Source: Oopsacas minuta (lineage: Eukaryota; Animalia; Porifera). Taken from it: a stretch of DNA of 16,673 bases. The notes beneath the pieces were generated by a model. The model ran no database searches, was not told the DNA's origin, and saw only the letters and a list, made by a program, of their open reading frames with translations. Shown here piece after piece: positions 9,662 to 16,673 of the stretch. Each line of letters begins with the position of its first letter. Positions within the stretch are counted from its first letter, which is position 1. Position numbers and translations under genes: made by a program. Location of the stretch: the NCBI GenBank assembly GCA_024704765.1, contig JAKMXF010000163.1:1-16673 (forward strand), in the 5' to 3' direction.

Positions 9662-9747
9662 CTCAGCCATCATAAGTGTTTTCAATTCTTTGACTCTCTC
9701 CTCTGGATATTCTTCATAACACAGCAGATTAGCTTCATCTCCATACA
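9662..9747 (-). CDS. AKTIP: AKTIP/FTS-like protein, penultimate coding exon
   Basis: TGTAG| ... |GTAATT, phases 1/0, (V)YGDEANLLCYEEYPEERVKELKTLMMAE. Phases join both neighbouring exons without a frameshift. Confidence 0.75.
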
Positions 9748-9853
9748 CTACATTGAATCGTAATAGTCATATTATTAAGATTTCATATAGTTACGTATAA
9801 ACATGATAATCTCATTATGGAATCGTTGAACAGATATTCATGTTTTGAAAAGT

Positions 9854-9916
9854 TTTACCAAATATCAAGTTTACGATTCGTACTCTTGACGAATCGTAAA
9901 CTTAATATTTGGTAAA
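9854..9916. repeat. 28-bp inverted repeat (1 mismatch) with 7-nt loop in an AKTIP intron
   Basis: TTTACCAAATATCAAGTTTACGATTCGT / ACTCTTG / ACGAATCGTAAACTTAATATTTGGTAAA; the only mismatch is C9866 x A9904. Confidence 0.97.
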
Positions 9917-10118
9917 TTACGATTCAGGTAGTTACCTTAGTGAGGGGCAAGTGTTCTACTGTATGAGTACCATGAACGATGGATTATTATTGTTAATTCT
10001 ACAATTTATATAAGTCTATGTATCGAGCATATCACATAGTAAGTGACCTAGCAAGCGAGCACGTCAGCTAATATCTTATTTATGAATGTATAATGTAATA
10101 ATTATTCAGTTAACTTAC

Positions 10119-10219
10119 CTTCTACATCTATAGAGTCAGAGGAGTATTTCATCTCATCAATTGACTGTTCTACACATTCTCTTATTTTTCTCTTAAATCT
10201 ATCTATATCATCTTGGTAC
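10119..10219 (-). CDS. AKTIP: AKTIP/FTS-like protein, internal exon (end of UEV fold)
   Basis: TTACAG| ... |GTAAGT, phases 2/1, YQDDIDRFKRKIRECVEQSIDEMKYSSDSIDVE, similar to AKTIP YEKDIQLFKSKVVDSV. Confidence 0.85.
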
Positions 10220-10291
10220 CTGTAATATATGAACACGTTACACCAGTATACTATAGACTATAACGAAACGCATTTGTGGAGGTTATATTGA

Positions 10292-10422
10292 CAGTGGTTA
10301 TCGCTTATAAGAAACCCTTGGGTGTAGCAAATGTGTTATTATAACTGGCACAAAATATGCAATAGTACATGAGAACCATTTTCCAGAGGATGTGGTCCTT
10401 ATAAGGGATAACCACTTTAATC
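10292..10422. mobile_element. About 130-bp hAT-type MITE in an AKTIP intron
   Basis: TIRs CAGTGGTTATCGCTTATAAG (10292-10311) and CTTATAAGGGATAACCACTT (10398-10417), 18/20 match. Direct repeat TATATTGA at 10284-10291 and 10423-10430. Confidence 0.75.
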
Positions 10423-10645
10423 TATATTGATAAATTTGATATAAATTGTATTACTTTTGTATGAAATTTCTAATTAAAATTTTGTTAATTAATACATCTA
10501 GACTCTTGACGAAAAAGTGAGCAGCGTAGCAGGAGGATGTCTAGGACATGCTATAGCTTGGTCGGACAGCCAGATGTACCTAACTATCCACTGAAAAGTG
10601 AAAAGGTGGTATGGCATAGCAAATTGAATAAATAATATAACTCAC

Positions 10646-10723
10646 ATAGCAGCTGCTTTCTCATTGACAGCATTATCCAATTCAATCTCATAGAATGTAT
10701 TGTAAATATACAGAAGGAGTTCC
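10646..10723 (-). CDS. AKTIP: AKTIP/FTS-like protein, most 5' exon visible
   Basis: TTCTAAG| ... |GTGAGT, phases 2/2, ELLLYIYNTFYEIELDNAVNEKAAA(M), similar to AKTIP [26 protein letters not shown]. No upstream exons recognised before the N at 11168. Confidence 0.85.
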
Positions 10724-11000
10724 CTTAGAAAATAATTAGAATAATAACTGTATAATGACAACTTTACCTAGATTATTATTAACACGGGATTACTTCATAC
10801 CGAGTGGAGAAAGTTTAAATTTTAATATTTCAAGCCATCTTCGGGTGAAATAGACTCAATAGAGGGAATTCAGTCAACATCCGGTAACTGAATGCCTGTT
10901 AACTCATACATTTAGTACTTAACGCATCCGTTAACTCGAACTCTCGATTTTGCTCAGTACAAAAATGGTTGACTTGGTATATCTGTATATTGGTAGTATA

Positions 11001-11028
11001 CAGTCAGGGGACAAAAGTATTCGACCAC
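11001..11028 (+). mobile_element. Tc1/mariner-like terminal sequence (single end)
   Basis: TA|CAGTCAGGGGACAAAAGTATTCGACCAC fits the TA + CAGT...AAAAGTATT..ACAC pattern of Tc1-like TIRs; no partner end seen. Confidence 0.4.
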
Positions 11029-11167
11029 ACAAATATAGTCATAAATTGTATACTCTTTCCCACTCCTATATATTGTGTAGTCTATATTCGTAGCTGCAAT
11101 CTAGTAATTTCCATAGAATAACATATGTTTTTCAAGAATTTCAAAAAAATATTTTCGATTTACACTT

Positions 11168-11168
11168 N
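11168..11168. other. Single N, probable contig junction of unknown or negative gap size
   Basis: MATE homology begins immediately 3' of it; the sequence 5' of it is non-coding and AT-rich; the 5' halves of both flanking divergent genes are missing. Confidence 0.6.
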
Positions 11169-11170
11169 TA

Positions 11171-12094
11171 ATACCTCTAGAAATAACTGGTGTAAGTTTA
11201 GCATATGTCATTAGTACAAACATAGTTGCTTTATTTGCATATTTCTATATCAAGATGACCAATGTTCATATTCTCAATTTCAATGGTTGGTCATTTGATT
11301 TTCTGTCTGGTTGGTTACACATGTTGAAGTATGGAATGGCCTCATTTTTACAGATTTTGCTTGACGGTACAATCTTTAGGGTTGTGCCAATTGTATTCAT
11401 TGGATTTTTCCTCAAAGATAAAGAACAATTTGGACTGTTAGGGATTTTAAACATAGTTTGGTTTGTAGCATTAACAGTGCCTATTGGTTATGGAATCGGT
11501 GCTTCAGTTCGTATTGGTAATCTTCTTGGTGCAGGAAATTTGAAAGCTGCAAGGAAGACTACTGCAATAGCTATACTGTATCTGTTATTTCTTGAGTGTT
11601 GTTTTGTGATTTTAATATTCTCTTTATCAGAGCCTCTCTCCTATCTCTTTACATCTATAGAAGGGATGAGAGTACAAATAGAATTCGGAATTCGTATTCT
11701 CAGTTTTTGCATCCTATCAGATATTCGAACTGCATTAAGAAGTATACTAACTGTCTGTTCACTCCACCTATATGGAACCTTCATACATTTTGTTTGTGTT
11801 CTACTGATTGCATCTCCTCTCGGTATTCTGGTAGCTTTCTATGTTCCTTGGAGAGCTGCAGCATATTATCTTATGCCTTCACTTTTTTCAATCATCGCAT
11901 TTTTCCTCCATCTTCTCCTTCTGTATTTCTATGATTGGAGAAAGATACTTGATAAAGTTGAATTAAATGTGTATTCGAAGGATACAAGCAGTACTCTTAA
12001 ACCTACCATCAACAGAGCTTTTCTACTGTTTCGTTATTTGTTGCTTATTTTCATTGGGATAACATTATTTGTTGCTGCATATCTGTATTGTTAA
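11171..12094 (+). CDS. MATE family (SLC47A-like) efflux transporter, C-terminal half only (5'-partial)
   Basis: The frame is open upstream of ATG 11255 to the N (IPLEITGVSLAYVISTNIVALFAYFYIK). Contains GWSFDFLSGW, VPIGYGIGASVRIGNLLGAGNLKAARK, TM segments to TM12 and an extra C-terminal hydrophobic helix. About 200 N-terminal residues are absent. Confidence 0.88.
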   Translation: MPLEITGVSLAYVISTNIVALFAYFYIKMTNVHILNFNGWSFDFLSGWLHMLKYGMASFLQILLDGTIFRVVPIVFIGFFLKDKEQFGLLGILNIVWFVALTVPIGYGIGASVRIGNLLGAGNLKAARKTTAIAILYLLFLECCFVILIFSLSEPLSYLFTSIEGMRVQIEFGIRILSFCILSDIRTALRSILTVCSLHLYGTFIHFVCVLLIASPLGILVAFYVPWRAAAYYLMPSLFSIIAFFLHLLLLYFYDWRKILDKVELNVYSKDTSSTLKPTINRAFLLFRYLLLIFIGITLFVAAYLYC

Positions 12095-12163
12095 TTTGGT
12101 GAGTGATTTCCCCTTTTGTTTGTTATATTCATTGACATACCTATATGCTATTACAGATTCTAG

Positions 12164-15033
12164 CAGTGGTGCGGACGGGGGGGGGCGGTGAACGTGCGGT
12201 CGCCCCCCTCCATTCACAGAAAATATCCCAAAGATTTGATTGTAGACTTACTACTAATTGGTCAATTCAAGCTCGCTATCTGAGATTTGTAAACAATTGT
12301 ATTTAGTGAATAACAATATATTACTATTGCTTTTCATGTTATTGTTGAAGACTTACTATAAGTGAGTAAAAATAACAAAGTAATCTTGTTTATATTAGTA
12401 TAACAATCAATTTACCACTTTTGTTGCTGCCATTAGAAGAATTATTATACGATGAAGCGCAAACTTCGTGACTTTTACGATCCACAGCCTGTAGAGCATC
12501 AAATCACCAACGCTGAGACAGCACAAACAGAAATTACCGAAATGTTAGCCACAGGAATCACAACCCCAACGATGACTGATGGAGGTGCAACCATGAATGA
12601 CATTGGAACTGTCGTTGGAAACACTGCCGAGTTATCCGATCATGATAGACTGAATCTGCTTAAAAACGCGTTTGTGCCCAGCATTGGTTTTGATTGGCAT
12701 TATCAAAACAGGACAAGCAAAGGAAAGGTCGAAAAACGGTATCTCAAGAAGGAACTTTTCGATAGGTACAGATTTCTAAGGTTTTCTCTGGCAAAGGGGG
12801 GATTGCTCTGCTGTTATTGTGTATCATTTCCCGAACAAAGCAAAGGAAATAAGTATGAATCTTTCGTTATCAAGCCATTTACAAACTACGCTCGGTTGTT
12901 CGGATCACAAGGAGCAGTTAGTAACCATACAACCACGGACTACCATCGATGTTCGATTGTAAAAGCAAAAGAATTTCTGAAGCGTTCAAAAGATAGATCA
13001 ATGAGGATTGAGAACATTCTAAATTCAAATCGGGTACAACAAATAAAGGATAATCACGATCGCCTTAAGCCTATAATAAAGTCAATACTATTCTGCGGCA
13101 GAAACGGACTTGCTTTGAGAGTACACCGAGACAATGGCGATTTGACCCTTGATCAGCCAACAGATAATGATGGCAACTTGCGCGCTTTGTTACAATTTCG
13201 AGCGGACTCTGGTCTATACCAGCAACGGCTATTTTATGATTGTCGAGGGTTTTTACGTGCTATAGACGTGGTGCTTTAAGTTTTACTTTATTAACATATT
13301 TGTGGAGATCAAATTCTTGAGATATTACTAAAACGAATAAATGACAGTTGTTTTTTCTCAGTACTAGCTGACAAAACAACCGATATAAGTGGAGTGAAAC
13401 AAATGAACATCTGTTTGCGATACTTTTACAACAGCAGTATATGTGAAGACTTTCTGACATTTTTGCCAGTTTACGATTTGGCTGGAAAAGCTCTCGCGAA
13501 ACCCATATTAGACACTCTAAAAGGCTATAACCTAACCTAGAAAAATTGATCGGACAGGGATACGACGGTCCGAGTGCCATGTCAGGAGAATTTAAAGGTG
13601 TGCAATCTGAAATAAGGAGAGAATGCCCGACTGCTCCGTATGTGCATTGTAGCTCACATTGCCTGAACCCTTCACTCTCTAAGGCATCAACGGTACAAGC
13701 AGTACGAAACACCGTTGGAACAATAAGTGAAGTCATAACATTTATCAACGCTTCGGCTAAGAGACTGCACTGTTTCATCGAGAAAGCTAAGGATGCTCCT
13801 GATGCTGGCGCAAAGAAGCGTTTAATAAGGATTTGCGAAACACGGTGGTGGGTTGAAAGACACGAATCCGTCTCCAGATTTCGCAATTTCTTTGAGGAGA
13901 TATCAATGTGGTGTGATACAACTGCATCGTCGTCTAAAGCATGGACGTTCAAGGCATCAATACTAAAGCATGAGTTTGTCATTGCACTGTTGACGATGGA
14001 AAACGTGTTGTCAGTCACTAAACCCGTTTCTGAGAAGCTTCAGACAGTGGACAAAGGATATTATACAATGCTTATCAGAAATACATTTGTGTGTCGATGG
14101 TCTAAAGAATAAACGTGAAAACGTCGATTCTGTCATGATAGAACTCCAAACAGAAACTGAAAAGATGTTAAAAGAAGAATTACAACAACCGCGCATTACA
14201 GAACATCAACGAAATCGAGCTAACATGCGACGAAATTTAGGTCCGCTCATGATGTTTGCAAGCTATAATTATGGGATGAACCTGTTTATTAGTTGCTGGA
14301 CATTGACCGTTTTGACAAACACAACGCATTGGCAATGAGAATTTCAGCGCTATTGCCGTGCTACGTTCAAAAGTACGAATTTAGAGACATTGAAGAAATA
14401 ACAATATTTTACTAGAATTGCTGTCCATATTCAAATATTGAAATGCGAGGGGAGTACGACAGGTGGCTTTTGAAATGGAAGAAGATCCCGAAAATCAAGC
14501 GACGGATAAGTCCCGTCGAAGCACTTGCGGAATGTGATCAAGACTTTTATCCAGCTATCCATTCATATTTAACAATCTCCTGCTGCCTACCCACTACTAC
14601 TGCATCTGCTGAGATGACTTTTTCTACATTGAAATACCTCAAAAATTATTTGAGATCGACAACATCTGAAAAAAGACTTAATGGACTTGCAGGACTCTAT
14701 ATCCATAAAGACATTGAAGTAGACATTGAAAAAGTAATCGATACATTTTCATTTAAAAACGAAATGTTGATTTTGTGTTGTTGCATTGCATGAATTACTT
14801 AAGTATTTGTCACAGTTCCTATTTACACATAAACCTACTTGCGTTCAATTTTTTGATATACTATAATATGTAGACAGGAATGATACAATATTCCTAGAGT
14901 ATCCTCTCAATCCAAAATGTGAGTGGATGATTTACTTTACACCCTAGGTGTGAATGAGTAAACTATTAGATCCCTATGTATTGGCAACCACTTTGACCGC
15001 CCCCCCTTGAAGAAATTCCTAGCGCCGCCACTG
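12164..15033 (+). mobile_element. Decayed autonomous-type hAT transposon (2.87 kb)
   Basis: Ends CAGTGGTGCGGACGGGG... and ...CCTAGCGCCGCCACTG with a shared subterminal GGGGGGGCGGT motif enclose a transposase pseudogene. Flanking 8-mers differ (GATTCTAG versus AATGAATT), so no TSD. Confidence 0.8.
12452..14793 (+). pseudogene. hAT transposase pseudogene (ZMYM1/THAP12-PRKRIR-like: TTF-type Zn finger, DUF4371, hATC dimerisation domain)
   Basis: GLLCCYC...HTTTDYH; LKPIIKSILFCGRNGLALRVHRD...GNLRALLQFRADSG; FSVLADKTTDISG; GQGYDG; YVHCSSHCLN; CETRW; LPTTTASAEMTFSTLKYLKNYLRST...RLNGLAGLYIH. Many stops and frameshifts. Confidence 0.95.
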
Positions 15034-15625
15034 AATGAATTCATTTTTGTATCTACTAAATATGAGCTAGTAAAGATAGAAAAGTCAAGCAATGATTCTA
15101 TCAAATCGGTTAAAACAAAGAGAAAAGTGTTGGAAATTGACTTTGATAGAAACATGAATGTTTATGGATGTGAGATTAAAAGCAGATCAGTAATTGTGAT
15201 TGATAAAGATCTCAAATTCCTGTAAAGAATCAAACTCAAAACTACTCAAGTTAAATCCAATACACTAACAGAGAGCATAAAACTGTACGAGGATAACATG
15301 TATGTCATGTTTAGTGGCTTTCCTCCTTTCCAACTATAAATATTCTCTCTAGAAAGAGAACTAGTGAGGTGTTTGATAGAAGAAGGTGAGAGTGTTTGGA
15401 GTAATTTCTTTTCAATTGATCAACTGGGGAATATTATCGTAGCGGATTGGTTAGGAAACCAAATCAAGATATTCTCCAATAAAGGAGAAGTACTACACAC
15501 TATCAGTAGTGATATGCTACCAGGAGATCAAAAGTTCCATTGTCCCTATGGAGTAGCTATAGACAAGAATGATAGAATTACTGTAGCTCCAAAAGCACGA
15601 GAAATGAAATCTCCTAGCTTTCTGA
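15034..15625 (+). pseudogene. NHL-repeat pseudogene, 5'-truncated at the hAT end
   Basis: One frame NEFIFVSTKYELVKIE...KFL*RIK...SIKLYEDNMYVMFSGFPPFQL*IFSL...FFSIDQLGNIIVADWLGNQIKIFSNKGEVLHTI...CPYGVAIDKNDRITVA with TAA at 15223 and 15337. A frameshift precedes the probable true end NLLAF* (15625). Confidence 0.9.
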
Positions 15626-15717
15626 CTTTTCATCCCCCCTTTCTTTTCGAATAAACAATTTTTTATTTGTGTTACTTGTTTTGTTATTTATTATGCGTTT
15701 TATTTATCTTTTGTTAA

Positions 15718-16216
15718 GTCGGCACAGGCGGTGATTTGAGATTTTTAATATATGCAATTATCATCCTACAGAGTAACCCCTCAAATCTGATAGGTCAAAA
15801 TATTTTATAATCTATCCAGGGGGTTTTGAGATCTCTCCTAAATATTTGAAACAGTACCTAGAATCCTGGATATATATTCTACATTCTACACTCATATAAA
15901 ATTTCAAATTCGTAGCTCTTACAAAATCTGCAATCTACGTTAGTCTATTTCCAATGTGTTATCATGGGATAGAACAATTAATTAATAAACAATGGCGGCC
16001 AAACTGGTGCAGCAGGCACGGAGAGCGCGTACCTCATTATCGGATCAATTTAGCATTATCCAGACTTGAAATACATTTAACCGAATACTTCCGGAAGTTG
16101 GGTGATTTTATGACGTCTAAAAGCACTAAAAAATCTCGATTTGGTAGCGGGAAGTTGTTAAAATGAATTGGTAAAATTGTAGCGTTCCAATTCGTTACGA
16201 AAGTAACACTTCGGCC
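15718..16216. mobile_element. Possible about 500-bp interspersed element bounded by TTAA
   Basis: TTAA at 15714-15717 and 16217-16220; the start GTCGGCACAG is shared with 6658. The two ends are not convincing TIRs. Confidence 0.3.
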
Positions 16217-16433
16217 TTAATCCGTTAAAGTTAGAATGGAAGTAATTCAGGTTGAAAACTCTATACGTATAAATATCAGTTACTGTTATAACTACAAATG
16301 ACCAATTACTTTATGCTATCCTGATCAAGATAAGATATCGCTTAGATCTTAATTATCTTACCTCGCACTTGTTGATTACCATAACTACCATTGACGTCAA
16401 TTGGTATCCTCAAGTATAAATTAGGTCTGTATG

Positions 16434-16540
16434 CAGTGGCGGATCCAGGAATATCTGGTGGGGGGGATATCAACCCAGCTGGGGGTCTGAGGGGCGCTGT
16501 AAGCCCCCCAGTGGGGTCCAGGGGCAAAGCCCCTGGCCAC
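16434..16540 (+). mobile_element. Left end of a non-autonomous hAT-type element (TIR CAGTGGCGGATCCAGG)
   Basis: Perfect 16-bp match to the 5650 end; GC-rich subterminal block with a short stem CCAGGGGC-AAA-GCCCCTGG; preceded by TCTGTATG (16426-16433). The right end is not in the window downstream. Confidence 0.88.
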
Positions 16541-16673
16541 CTAACTAACTGCAATTTCATGTGTATTTTATTCAATTCTCACTGATTGAAGGTCTTTCCT
16601 ATATTCCACTTGTATCCAGTTTAGATTACTACATTTAATCTATATCATCTAATAGCGTATGCACGTATATAGA

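Noticed and set aside
2212-9916. CRISPR array or a single hairpin-MITE family explaining the hairpins
   Set aside because: The arms are unrelated in sequence, irregularly spaced and lack TSDs; the context is eukaryotic with spliceosomal introns.
10502-10513. ACTCTTGACGAA identical to the loop region of the 9854 hairpin
   Set aside because: A single 12-mer match is not significant across this much sequence.
10870-10950. pogo/Tigger-like subterminal motifs (CGTTAACTCGAAC)
   Set aside because: Too short and degenerate to delimit an element.
13260-14018. 252-aa minus-strand ORF and other antisense ORFs (11266, 11596, 8325, 14011)
   Set aside because: Shadow frames of the transposase, MATE and AGPAT genes.
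385-15339. TAA/TAG read as Gln (alternative genetic code), since several in-frame stops fall at likely Gln positions
   Set aside because: The same genes also carry frameshifts; other stops fall at Trp or Lys positions; intact genes have no internal TAA/TAG and end in TAG, TAA or TGA. Ordinary C>T/G>A decay explains it.

Overview
AT-rich eukaryotic (animal-like) scaffold with a 298-nt N gap (4975-5272) and a single N (11168). The intron-poor genes, many NHL-repeat paralogues and CAGTGG-ended hAT elements are reminiscent of glass-sponge (Oopsacas-type) genomes; this taxonomic call is an inference. Intact or apparently intact genes: an orphan 7-TM protein (-), an AGPAT3/4-like acyltransferase (-), the last four coding exons of an AKTIP/FTS-like gene (-; missed by the ORF track) and the 3' half of a MATE/SLC47 transporter (+). 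Dead genes: a truncated ABCC4/MRP4-like pseudogene, three clear and one doubtful NHL-repeat pseudogenes, and a 2.87-kb decayed hAT transposon. Several MITE or transposon ends are also present. The most notable structure is a right end (5650) and a left end (16434) of one hAT-type family. They share a perfect 16-bp TIR and face inward, and each is flanked on its inner side by the same 8-mer TCTGTATG. This inside-out target-site duplication implies the 10.8-kb interval is circularly permuted, either by reversed-end transposition, circle integration or tandem duplication, or by scaffold mis-ordering at the single N. There are also three unrelated near-perfect 22-28-bp hairpins; one reads as an in-frame 21-nt template-switch insertion in an NHL gene.
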